In this document: positions 21,882-34,104 of the stretch, one piece after another | Numbering within the stretch: the stretch's first letter is position 1 | Layout of the letters: every line of letters starts with the position of its first letter | NCBI GenBank assembly: GCA_036172245.1 | Contig: JAYWIR010000008.1 | Span: 4,836,001-4,900,000 of the forward strand | Length of the DNA stretch: 64,000 bases | DNA from: Raillietiella orientalis | Taxonomy: Eukaryota | Direction of reading: 5' to 3' | Position numbers and translations under genes: made by a program | Notes under the pieces: model-generated | What the model was told of the DNA's origin: nothing | What the model saw: the letters and a program-made list of their open reading frames with translations, nothing else | Databases searched by the model: none

Positions 21882-24800
21882 TTTATTTCTTTAATAAACA
21901 AGAATGTGTAGGGCTTTAGGCCCTACAGCGTCCGAAAGTGTTCGGAACTTGCCGAGTCTCCGGCATGCAGGCCGGCAAGTTGCGACTCGGTAGTGGAGGG
22001 GGAGGGGACAAACAAAAAGAAAAACAAAGGAAACACTATTTACAAAAGCGGGGGGGGGGGGGGCTGAGGAAGGGATCAGGTTCCACCGCAGGTCGTCCTC
22101 TACATCCTTTCCAGGATGCTGGCAAGTTCCATCTGTATGCGTCTCAGATAGGCCAACTGGCTGCCGTCTTCAGAAAGCGCAGGGCTTAGCAGATGGCATC
22201 CCTGTCGTGCTGTTCACCAGTGGCGTTGCTCCAGGCCGCCACAATCCCACGTTGGCAGCAAAGGGATGCTAGGTCTGCGGCAGACGAAGAAGCGTCGCGC
22301 ACAAAGAGGCGCTTGAATACATCTCTGGGTGCGTTTAAAGGTGCACCTAGGGCCGTTGCGAAACGCAATCACAGGGGCCGGGGGGCAGTAGAGTCAAGAA
22401 GCAGGTACGGGATGGATTCCCATGCCCTGAACCTGGCGCAATTCGGGTCCACTGCCCTCCTCGTCCAGTGAGTTCGGCGGGCGTTGCTGGGGAGTCCCCA
22501 GTGCAATAGTCCCTTCGATGGGGCACTTCGGGTCACGGCATCAGCTAGCTGGCCTGTCGTCCAACCACCTTGCTCTCTCTCTCTCTTCCAGAGATCCTAC
22601 ATCGGACCTTCCATTTCGCCGGCTAGCTACTGCCCGAGTGCTCCCTGAGGTAGGGCAGAGCTGCGGCTAGGGAAGTCTTCTCGGGCCCATGCAAGCGAGG
22701 CGCGCTGCGCGATCACGTCCTGCATGGAGCGGCGGTTGTAAAAGGAGTGCAGCAGTGACTGCTGCAACTCCGGGCACGCTTCCTTTTTCTGGGCCCATGT
22801 GCGAAGGCTTTCCTGCAACCAGGCTGTATCGTTCGCGGGCCGGCAGGAGATCCAGGTGTTTATTCTGATCACGCTTGGCCACGAGCCGAAACTCCACTCC
22901 TCAACGAAAGAGGTGCTGACGTTGGCGGCGGGCCAGGAAGGTAGACAATTCCACGCGGCCGCTGGCTCGCTGGACCAGGTGTCGCGCAGTTTCGCACCAA
23001 CAGGTGCTCCATAACTTCGCCACTAGGGCTGAAGTCCTGAACTGGAGCTGCAGCTCCAGCAGCTTTAGAGTCAGGAGGCCAAGGCCTCCGTCGCGACGCG
23101 GAGCGCACAAGTCTTTCAGGTGGACTCTGGGCCTTTCTCTGCCCCAAACGGCGATTCTCAGGAGGGTTTTCGTCCGCTTCTTTACACCTCTCGGTGGGGG
23201 ACAAACAAAAAGCAAGGAGCGAAAAAGGGAGGCTACGAACGTGTTCCACACCACGGCCCGTTCCGGCAAGAAAAACTCGCCATCCAGGAACGGGCCGATC
23301 ACCTTCCCGGCCTTTTAAAGCATTTTAATGCAGAAGAATACCCCCCCAACAACACACCGAGGTACTTGAAGTACTTCACTGTGGGAATCTCCAAGCGAAA
23401 CCGATCCTGCTACCCTGCTCACGACGAACCGACTGCAACCACGGACAACTTCGCTCTGTTTACCTCCAGCCCTGTCTCGCGGCGCAGCTGTCCATGCAGC
23501 TCGAAAAAATTTTCGACCGCCGACGCCGGGGTGGACATGGAGAGAAGCAGCAGAAGATCGTCCGCATGTGCCGACACCGCCGGTATACCTGGGCACATGC
23601 GCGGCAGGCGAGCCAGAGTCTCCCTGTACGCCCTCAGCACCAGCTCAAAGTAGGTGCTGAAGAGCAAGGGGCTCAGGCTGTCTCCCTGCCGTATTCCGCG
23701 GCGCACCGGCACACCGGACACGTTTCTTCCACGGAAAGAGAAGTTGGTCAGCGCGTCGCACCAGCAAGAGCTCAGAAAGACCATTAAAGAGGCCGGGAAG
23801 CCCATGAGTTCCAGAAGCTCATGGGCTGAGAAGAACTGAAACCAGGTGTTCGAGAAGAGGAGGGTGGCGTCCATGCTCCACCCGGGAACAGCGTATGTCT
23901 TCTCCGGGCTGATGATGCTTTCCGCCACCCTCCCCAGTCGCTCCGACCATAATTTCGCCAGCAACTTGGCGTCCGCGTTCAGAACGGTGATGGGACGCCA
24001 GTTGCTGAGCTGACGCTCAGTCTCCTTCTTTCGGGAGGAGACGCATCCATGCCGATCGGAAGGAGGCGAGAACATCGCCTGTCTCCCGGATCAGCAGCGC
24101 TAAGCTCTGCACTAGCGGGGTCAGCTCTGCTGCGAAGCATTGAAAAAACTCCGCGGGCAGGCCGTCCTCCCCCAGTGCCTTCCACCTTTTCAGCTTCCCT
24201 ATAGCGGTGATGATTTCACCGATCGTGAAAGGCTCATCCAGGCGTGCTCTCTCTTCCTCCCCGATCGCCGGGGCGCCATCCGGAAGCAAAACCCGGGAAA
24301 ATTCCCGGCCCGGAGGCACCCTGGTGAACAAGGAGGAGAAGAGAGCACGCCTGGATGAGCCTTCATCAGGGAGAAAACACAGCGCTCGAGGTCCTAGCTA
24401 GTGCGCATCCCCGCCGGCGCATCGTCCTCTCCGGGAAGAGGGAGATGCAGATTCTCCTGCGGGACAGAGGTACTCCAGGGAACCTGATGCCCGAGGGTGC
24501 AGTTGGGGGTCCGTCTGTGAAAGACACAGAAGGGTGCTCTTCGTTGGACCTCGGGGATCGGTCCGGTTCCGAGGCGCTCTCGTATTTGGACTCGCTGCTC
24601 TTACCCACGCACCGCCATCTTGCTGGCACTCAAGGACCGGGAAGGGGGTGGCTTTCCCCCCGGACTCGGAAGTACAGTGTGCGATGTCCTCTAGCGAGGG
24701 AACCGCTGGAGCGCAGCGTGCCTAGGGACGCGCCGCGAATCTCCTTAAATGGCCGCGCTCAGGGGCGCTGGCAGCGTTCACGAGGAAACGGCTGCACCAG

Positions 24801-25370
24801 CGACCGTCGCTTTGTGACCTCCGCCCGCCTTTGCTGCTGCACGCGGCGCGACAGTCTCAACCAGACTGGCAGGCACTTCAGGGCGAGGGGTATCCCGGTC
24901 GAATCTCCGGCCCCTTTTTTCTTTTTCCTTTCCCGACGCATGCAACGGGTGAAAGTTGTGGTCTTCCCCCGCCGCGGGACCTCACGTGTAACAGGCGCCA
25001 CCATCGCGCGGAAAAGGCGAGGTTCCGCGGAAAGCACGCGGTGTGGATCTGAGGAATGGTCACTCCGGTTGGCTAGAAACCAGTTTGGAGCGCTTAAGTT
25101 CTGGACAGGCGCTCACAACAAAAGAGTCATCTCCCTTCCAGCAGTAAGCACTTCCTGAAAGTCTTTTTGCGCCGCATGGTCGCCCCGGGTGAAGTCCTAC
25201 AGGTCTAAGCAGCCGTCATCTCGCGCTGCACCCGCGTTGACGGGTCAGCCGACTGGCCACGGAACCGCACTAGTGGCGGCTCAAGCACAATTCTCCTCCG
25301 TCCTGCAGGGAGAGGGATGGCGCCTCCCGTGAATCCGGCAGCAAGAAGGACGTGGTCCTCATTGGGCTAG
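21882..25370 (-). mobile_element. Non-LTR retrotransposon, L1/Tx1 clade, frameshifted ORF2 plus 3' UTR
   Basis: RT motifs KALGEDGLPAEFF, NWRPITVLNADAKLLAK, RGIRQGDSLSPLLF, SAHADDL, TGLEVNRAK and APRRDGGLGL. C-terminal LLHWGLPSN...DPNC is zf-RVT-like, and an SDH motif of the AP endonuclease lies near 25060. AATAAA at 21887-21882. The motifs are spread over several frames, so the copy is defective; the 5' limit is approximate. Confidence 0.88.
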
Positions 25371-28089
25371 GACTGAGGACCACAAACACTGGAGCTTGTT
25401 GACCCTCCTATCCTCCTTCCCCCATTATCGATTCGCTTTCGTTCATTTCTTGTTCCCTGCCCCTTCGTCACTCCGCGCTCGTCTCCTCGGGACATCTCGT
25501 CTCCTCCGAGCTGCCTGGCGTACACTTGGACCGCCACCACTATTGCAGGGATCTGTAGGGGCGCAGTTCCAATCTCCTGCACGTTTGGGAGTAAATAAAA
25601 GCTCCGGAGACAAACGGATGAAAAAAAACCTTCCTGATGCTGGCCATCTGGAGTCCTTTTCCTTCCTTTCTTCATTTCTAGATTTGCTGACCTTCCTTCT
25701 CCTCTCCACACCCCCTCCCAAGTGCTGTCCACCTTGAGGATGCCATCCTTTCGATTTGCACCAGATACAGTCCAACCTCTTTTGGAGAGTGCGATTGTGC
25801 TGTTTTTTGTCTCCTTGATGGTCCTACACTACTAGGACGAGATGAAACGAGGAAATGAAGCAGGTTTGCTCCTGTCCTGGTCCTCCTCCTCCGAGAAGCC
25901 CCCATGGGAAAAGAGTGAGGACTACCAAGCACACACTTCCAGGGGCACAACGGACTTGGTTCTCGGAGATGAAGGATGGCGGATTTTTTCCTTCCACCCT
26001 GCTCTCCCTGCATCAGATTCTTCGTTTCGTGGAGTAGTCTGGGGACGAGTGCCCTCTTGCCAATATCCAGGATGTGTTCCTCTTCAGATATGAGAGAAAA
26101 TCGATTCCCATCTCCTTTCGTGTGCGCCAGTGCCCTGCCAACAGCCCCCCCCCCTTCCGCTGTGATGCGGCAGGCATCGACTGGCTGCTTTCTTTTCTTT
26201 CCTGCATCCTGCACTCGACATGGAAACCCCTTTTTGCTGATCTGTGAGACGGCCGCATCCGCGAAGACTCCGTTGCCACGACCTGTTGGACGAACTGCGG
26301 AGACGAATCTCGGTCGAGACATCCGTGTTCTCATGGGAATCCCTCTTGCAGGGAACAGAAGCGGAAAGGGATGTAACTCGAATCGCGTTTTCGTCTCTCT
26401 TGTTTTCGGTCCATCATCGGTTCGCTCCTCCGCGCGCCATTAACCTTCGGTTACTAGGTGACACGAACCGCAGCTGCCAGTCTTCCAGGGTCGGGTTCCT
26501 GGTATCAGTGACATTTGCTCTGCACTGCCTCCTGGCACCGAATTCCGGAGCGAGGTCCGCGTTTCCGAAATCTCAAATGACGTTGGTGTTCCGGCGTTAC
26601 GTCACGGCACAAGTGGTGCAACCTCTCCAATAGAGAGGTCGCCGTGAAGAACGCTCGCTCACGAGCGGACAGGTCTTGTGGTGCTCGCGCGCACGCGCAT
26701 GCGTCGCCGAGTACTCGTTGGATTATCCGCGCGTTCGGGTGCGCGGCCCGCGAAGTGAAGAGCACGGGCCGAATCGGGAGCTGGATGGGATGAACTGGCA
26801 ACCCTCAACTCCTGTTCCGGAGAGGGCCATTATTCCTTCTAGTTGGCGGCAGATGGTGTCCTCCAGCCCAGACAGAGGGAGGGGAAGGATGAAAAAAAAT
26901 GCACGAGTGACGCCGTGACCCCAAACGTTTGGCTGCGCGCAAAACAAGACCATGCAGAGAAGGGATCGGAGCAACGTCCTGCGTGTCGGCGCGTGCGCAC
27001 AGACGTCACCGCGAAGCGCATGGCATGCGTTCCCTAAATCCATTCCGTGGCTCGAGGAAGAAACCCGACGTTGCAAGAGGAAATCGTAAAGACAGTTGGT
27101 GGTTCTCTGCACAAAAAGAGCCGCGGTGGTCCCTCAACGCGCGTGACAAGTGGCGCGGGTCATGAGAGCTCTGCGTATCTGGCCGCCACAGATGTGCTGG
27201 CAGGAGAATCCACGCGGTGCTGGGCACTCTCCACGTGGCCTCACCGTTCTCAAGCATTATTTTTCTTCCGTGAATTTCTCTCCTTCGGCATTTAACAATG
27301 ATGACTTTCTGGAACTTTCCATTTCTCCCTTCCTCCATTACCTATCATTATCCTTATCGTTAACCCTTTTATCGATTTTAAGGACACAATTTTGGAAACT
27401 TCTCCAGGCAGAACGGAGGTGCACGAAGACTATCAACATTCTGAGAGGAGATGCCCACTTGAAAATGAAGAAAATAAAATAAAATAAAGACGAGCTCTGC
27501 GCATGCACGTAATGGTTGCCGGAAGATCTCATGAATGCGAGTGGCCGAAATTTGATTTCGATTCATGTCGAAGTGTATGAAACAGGATCACGAACAAATG
27601 AAGTTGCCAAAAAAAAGTGATGCTCCTCTGAACTACATTCGGGTTGTGTGGGTGTTCGCGCCTCGAAAAGTCGACGCTTTACCTCGCATATCTCAAGATG
27701 TCATTTGCGGAAAAACAGAATGCTGGAGCGAAAGAAGTGGAATGGCAGTGTTGACCGCACCGCAGGAAGATGAATTGGCGTCAGAGCAGAGGGAAACTTG
27801 CGCCAACTTTTGCCAATCCTTCCGGAGGTGGGCGTGAGGGCTTTAGGTGCGCTTGACACAACGCGTTCCATCACAGAAGAGCATTCAACAAACATCTGGA
27901 TTCTGCAGGATCTGATTGAATTTTAAATTTGAAAAAAGCCAAAAAAGGGAAAAAGAATCTGGGAAAAATAATTTAAATATATCGTAAAGAATTCGTTCTG
28001 GGAGTATGTGAGGATGCGTGCGTGCTCGCATGGCCGTGTTGCATAGGGGCTCATCAGTCAGCTCGCAAGAACCGGCTCAAAAACTTCAC

Positions 28090-29300
28090 TTGGATCTCTG
28101 GAAAGCAACGGGAATTTCCCTTACGTTCCGGTCCTTTCACATCGTAAATGCGGTTCCCTACGTAACAGGGAGTTGACAATGAACAATACCGACCGCTGAC
28201 TCCTCGAGACGGAAATCTCAACAATGAACATTTCCGAGGAAAAATTTCGCTTCCAATCGCCGGCGGAGTTTCTCCGTCTCCTTAGCGACGACTGCACTCG
28301 CAGCTCATTGAACAAGGCTTTGTTCATAGGGGAATGCGAAATCGAAGGAATTTTTCCAAACGAAATTGAAGCATTCCCGGGAAAAGGTATCTCAGGAACG
28401 AAGCATTGATGGATGATTTCAGTTCCCATTCTCTCACCCCTTGCTCTGTGTGAAGCATTCCTATGGAACACGTTGTTGCGCAGGCGACGCATTCTCTCTG
28501 GCGGTCGTTGCTTTCCATTCGTTTCCTGCTATCGGATCAAGGGAGATATGCTTGAAAATTCTTTCACATTTCATCGTGTTTTCCTATTTCTCAACTCTTT
28601 CTTTTCTCGAAACCGTTACTTTCAGATCGAAGTGCATAGATAACATACCCACTTCGAGATTCATCATTAGGGAAACAGTTAACGGGCTCTTTTCTGGACA
28701 CACAAGAGTACAAGTCGCAAGAGTACAAGTCCCTCATTCTTCCGAACTAATTTGATGAGATTTTGATTACAACAGAATCATGCCACGACTACATGCATAG
28801 AATAAAATAACTGTCCGGTTCATGGCGCATTCGGTCTTTTTGTCAAGAGGAACTGTTCTCTGCTGTGGATTTCCAAGGTAATAAATGGCTGTATTGAAAA
28901 ACGGCCGAGCAGGTCGTGATTTCTTTGAGTTTCAAATGATGGTGATAAAGCGTTTCGTATGTCCTACTGTCGTCTTCTCACATTAGTAATTGAATACTTC
29001 AGTAATGGATCCCTTGTAAGCGTTTCTTGCATCAGTCTCTGCTTACAAAGAAAATGTGGCTTCGGAACAGACTGTTTCCGGCATTATTCTCCGCTTGTAG
29101 CATTTTTATTTTTATTTCATTTTCTTCTCTCAGAACCAAGTCCCGTTCCCGATATCCGTGTCTGGAATCGCAAAATTCCAAACCGGACGCTTTCAGAAAC
29201 TTACCAACATTCAAACGTTGGAGCACGCACCGCGATCGCCCGAGAAACATGCCGTGTTTGAGGTAAGTGTACGACGCTGTTGAAAGCAAAACCTTGAAAG
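28090..29300 (-). pseudogene. Decayed Maverick/Polinton-type retroviral-like integrase in an AT-rich block
   Basis: Minus-strand motifs in order: HLPQTRHVSRAIAV...W (~HKPxRxxFxRR), KYSITNV (~KYxLTxID), RVEK*ENTMK (~VERFNRTLK), NNVFHR (~YNNTxH), DWKRNFSSEMFIV (~GYxxNWSxExF). Confidence 0.45.
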
Positions 29301-29829
29301 AGAGATACTGTTTCAGAAGTAGATTGGCTGCATTGGACTAGTAGAAAGGCAGCACCTATACAGCCGAGTCAGCATTTGCTCTCGAATGAATGGTGCAAGA
29401 ACATTGCAGAACGTTCTGTACCAACGCTGGATAAGAGAAACGAAAGGATAAACTCTTCTTTCGTGTACGAAATGTCGAATGTTGTTTGGCCTTGAGGAGG
29501 AGGGTTGAGAAAACATTTATTTGAGGAAAAACTATCAGATGTTCCAAAAAAGGATCTCAAATATGAATACTGCGTGATTATTGTTTTTCTTTCATTTGCA
29601 TAATGTTGTCATTGGTGTTATTGCAGGGAAGGATGACACTTTTCCTCCTTTTGTATCTGGAAAGTAGCTGGGCTGCATTTTTTTTTGCCTTTGTTTGCTA
29701 AACTGGGAAGATGATCAGATGCACGCAACTAAGATGAAACAAGGGAAAAGGGTTCCGAAGGACAGAGCTTTAATTTCCAAAGGAAAAGAAAAAAAAAGGA
29801 ATAAAAAGAGGTTTCCGGCGATTCTCTTA

Positions 29830-32130
29830 GCAGTTCGCGAATTCCTGCAGAGCGACGCAAAGTCTCTCGAAGCGAAACTCAGAACACAAACCAACGCGGA
29901 TGGCGTGGTTGAGGCATGGAACCTTCTGCCTTCCTAATAGCCAGACTCCCCAGCGGATGGATGAAAAATTTCGTATGCTAAAAAAGGTTCTCGCTGACAT
30001 CAATGGATCCGCCGAGCGCGTCACAAGCTTGTCTGCAGCTTAAACTGATGAGTAGCAGGCGAAGAACAAGCGAGGAGGCTGCGTTTGCTTTCCGTCACGA
30101 AGAACGAAGATTTATCAGCGGACAAGGTGCTATGGATTATCCGTTCCAGAGCGTTCCCACCCGCCCTGGATTTGTCACGGAAACGGAAATCTCTCCGCGA
30201 GAAGTCTGTCGCCGCATCTTCCAGCCCTCGAGATGAGGGATGCTGCCTCGTCACATGGGGAGGATCTGACTGACAGACGCCGTTTCAGCAGTCCACCGAA
30301 ATGAGAGGGAACCCACGTGCACAGAGATGGTTGGCTTTGACCGCTGTGGAAGAGGAACGTGACAGTGAGGCCAGGGAATCGAGTTTATTTCTTGGCAATT
30401 TCCACAGTATTTCGTCTCGAAAACAGCAACCTCAGCAACAAACAGCAAAATGAAATTCCTGATCGCCATCACCTGAGCCGCACAATTTTGGTTCGGCAGC
30501 CTCTTCTGCTGTCTCTGTGGATGTTTTTGGCACTTACAAACTGCCTTTTACATTGGAGCAAGAGGACATCCAGGGAGACTCAGGAATGGAGTGATGGATG
30601 CGATCCCGAATGCGTGAATCTCTCTTCCTCGGCATTCATCCTCCTTCTGAGCATGGTACCGACTGCAGATTCCCGCCGTTGAGTGCACGCCCTTGGAGTT
30701 TCAAGTACTGCGTCAGTGACAGAGCCTGAAGTGGTGGCCAAGGGCAACAAGGACCAGCTTCTGCTAGTGCTGGCGTACGATGCGCCCTTAGACGAGCTGC
30801 TGATCTTGGTCACGATTCTCCGGTGGCTTCTGTCGCCCTCAACGTACTTTACACCTCCTCGCTGCTGAGTATACGGTGCTCTATACATCGCGGTGTTGCT
30901 GCCTGGTAAGCAGTCTGAGCCAAGGAAAAAAGGCCTCAGAACAAGTGGCTAAAGGAAGGGATTTTTTGGCACTCCATCTCCCCAGGGGAAGGATGTTCAG
31001 AGAATGCCTTCAAGTGCCCATGGGGCATCGGCAGCGAAATTCCTCCATTCCAGCTGACTCCAAAATCCCACGGTCGACTTTGTGACGCGGCCGAGATGAG
31101 CATCCGGAGAGTTCCTGGAGGCCGGCGCGAACCCTCCCGCAGTCGGCGATCGGCGCAACGGAGGTGGATAGTGGCCTTGTACTTCGTGGATCGACAAAAT
31201 GATGGCTGCGAGAATCCCGCTCTGCCACCTGACCAGCGCCACCTGAGGAGCTTCAAGCCTCCCTGGATGATTCCGCGGAACGGCTCCCGGAAGCAATACA
31301 CCCCCAAGGACTCATCCGACTACGGGCAAAGGAAATTCGCAAGCGCCACTTCCTATAGATGCTTCTCGGAGAGGAGATGGGGGAGTCAGAAAGAGAGGAG
31401 TAGACTCTCCCCACCCGGGGTCGCTGCCGCGCCACTCTTCTTGCCGGCAGAATCCGACTGATCGTAAGAGAGCTGAGGGTAGGCGAGGAGCATCTCCAGA
31501 GGAGCTGCGCAAAGTAGGGTCCCGGATGTGCTTTCCAGAAATCCCGCCTGCCCCTGGATCCAATTGCTGTCTCCCTTTGCGAAGCGCGAGCCAAGAAGAG
31601 AGAGAATGGCTACTGTCCAAGGGAGGTACTCGCAACCGCCACCGCCCTGGGCAGAAGGTGCGTCGGAATGAGCCAAACTAAAAGGAGTTGCAGTTTCCGG
31701 ATGACTGCGGACACACTGAGGGTGTGACCGGTGGCAACACTCCAATTTCTTCCTCCCTCCTCACCCTCTCCCGTTGGGATAACCCTCGATGGTTTCGCTC
31801 TCGTTCCTCCGGGAGTGCTTCTTCTGGATGAAAACGAGACCTTCCTTCGGGAGACACGCTCTCAGCTACCAGGAACGAGCGATCCAGTCATTCTCGGTCG
31901 ATTCCAGGCCGACTGAAGTTCGGCAACTCTCGATGCCTCCTACATTCCGAACCTTCCAAACTCCCTGCGCGCTCGATGGATCTTTTGGTTCTCTTGCACT
32001 GTATTGACCTGAGGTCACTGGATTTGAGACCTTGTACCTCGTGGGTCGACAAAATGGTGGCTGCGGGATTTCTGCTCTGCCACCTGACCACCGCCACCTG
32101 AGGAGCTTCAAGCTTCCCTTCGCTTTAGGA
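29830..32130 (+). pseudogene. Decayed LTR retrotransposon fragments (gag-like and duplicated RT segment)
   Basis: FLQSDAKSL...EAWNLL is gag-like. Two copies of VD...LPPD[Q/H]RHLRSFK resemble the RT LxPxxRxxTAF motif. A 90-bp direct repeat spans 31175-31264 / 32030-32119. Confidence 0.35.
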
Positions 32131-32999
32131 AACGGGATGCAAAGGCATTTTTCCTCCTAGGGAGATCGTCGCTACCATCACGAGTCTGGTCCTCCGTAGT
32201 CCCTATTTATTTATACATTATCCCATCCTCCTTAATGTCCATTCACCCCATGGCTCTGTCGCCAGTCAATTTTCCTACCGGCTGATGATTGAAGACGTAC
32301 CTTTTCTTATTGGATTCATTTATACACTTCAAACGAGTGGACTTGCATGCCGGGATGAAGGAATTTTGCTCACCGCGCTCTTTGTGTACCCACTTCCGAG
32401 TAAGTCGCACGTTGATACTTTCCTCTCCTACCCTTCCCTTTCCTCCTCCTTCTCCTCCTTTACTTTGAACGTCTCCTTAGATCGGTCAGCGAAACTCTGC
32501 TAAGGCAGACGAAACGAATGATCTCTGAGAGAAGGCACATCGCTTCCCTTTTTTCTTTCAGCCGAGGTCGGAGTCATAACATTTACGCCGTCTCCTGGCC
32601 TCGCTCGTTTCCTGTTCCGAGCACCCAGAGCGGGAAGGCGGTTGCTTGGAGGCAAGGAGTGGTTCGCAACCACTTCCTGCCTCCAAGCAACCGGAAGGGC
32701 TGCATTCCAGGTAATTCGCCCAGAGGAACTTCGCTCCCTGCAGCAGTCTCTCAGCCATCCATAAGAAGCGGCGATGCAGGAATTGACAAAGTGATCCACC
32801 TTGGCCGCTACATCCTTTACCGCAGTCCTGTCTACCCTGAGGGCAATGAATGACAGCTGCCAACTGGCAGGGTAGGAGTTTTCTTTCACCACTGCAGGAA
32901 AGACAAAACTCCTTGGTGGCTGGAAGAAGCGCAAGGTGGCGGATGCCGCCACTCTGCGTACCATGGCGAAGGGACTACGGCGGGTGTCCGCCTTTCGAC

Positions 33000-34104
33000 G
33001 GGTGCGTCCCCTGACAGACTAGTGGTCCCTCCCTTGCGTTGGAACAACTGGATTTTCCTGGGTTCCCGGTTTTCGAGGTGTTTCTGTTTCAACATCGGGG
33101 ACTCCAGTGCGATCATCGCTGGTACCTCGCCTCCAGGAGAGCTGCATCCCCGGACTGTGCCAGGTGCGGGTCGGTGGAGTCGATCCCTCACCCTTGCTAT
33201 TGGACTGCCTTGCCCTCTGTGAACTATGACGAAGGCTGACTTCGGCACTCCTGCACCTGGAAAACACCCTGCCCGCGGCCTGCTGGGGTGGTTCCTCGCG
33301 CTTGGTGGTGGACTCTCGGCTGGCGCAACGATCGCGACGGCGTGCTGCGTCCGCACCATCCGAGAAAAGGTCTCGTCATGTCTTGCAGGCGCGAGCACAG
33401 AGGAGGGAGGTCATCCTTCAGACAGTCGCCCACATTAGGACGTCTGTCAGGTGACTCATCTAGAAGAGGAGGTGAGGATGCATCTTGTCAGTATCCAGAG
33501 CCGGTTCTGGGACGAAAGAACTGCCGGAACCAGTGACCTCTGTCCACATCCTCCCCTTTATTTATTTATTTATAGTCCTCTTGCAGGCATTCCGAAATTT
33601 TCCCGTTTTTTTTTCCTGGAACGAAACCCACACTCCCCATTTTGTTATTCGTTTACTGTCTCCTCCTTCCCGTTTCCTGCTTTCAGATGTCCCGACCCTC
33701 GCGCCGATAGACGCTCTCCTTGAACTTCTTTTGTCTTCGGCTAGATTTGTCCCTTCCCAACCGGTTTATTTTTATTAAATTAACGCCCCGGAGTGACCGT
33801 GTGAGACATTTCCGCCCTGTTTGCTGGCTGTTGCACGTGCTGACAGCAGATCGGCAGGCATCCACTTCGGTTTGCACACAATTTTTGCAAGACCACGTGA
33901 CCGAGCATTCTGCATGAAGTTGGCTAGCGGCTGCCATGTGTGGAAACCTCTGGTTTCCACTTGGGGAAGCAATGGCTCCATGCAGCGAGCCTCCCGATCT
34001 CGAGGAGAGTAGACGGTGATCATCTGGAAGGGTTCGTCTGTTTTGGGATCCAAGTTCCATTTGACGAAATCCAAAGCACGAAAGGCATCTCCCAAGCAAC
34101 TCAA
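33000..34104 (-). pseudogene. Possible decayed LINE fragments (endonuclease and RT)
   Basis: MITVYSP (~xVYxP of APE), AGVP, SGDAAL (~ADDxAL), NPGKS; very degenerate. Confidence 0.25.

Noticed and set aside
21946..21990. HDV-like ribozyme call for the LINE 3' pseudoknot
   Set aside because: Lacks P4, P1.1 and the catalytic J4/2 segment, and such ribozymes normally sit at 5' ends; kept only as a structured-RNA finding.
27040..27260. MULE-like motifs (PAHLW, RTTN; also IADF at ~59070, minus)
   Set aside because: Too short and degenerate to support a feature call.
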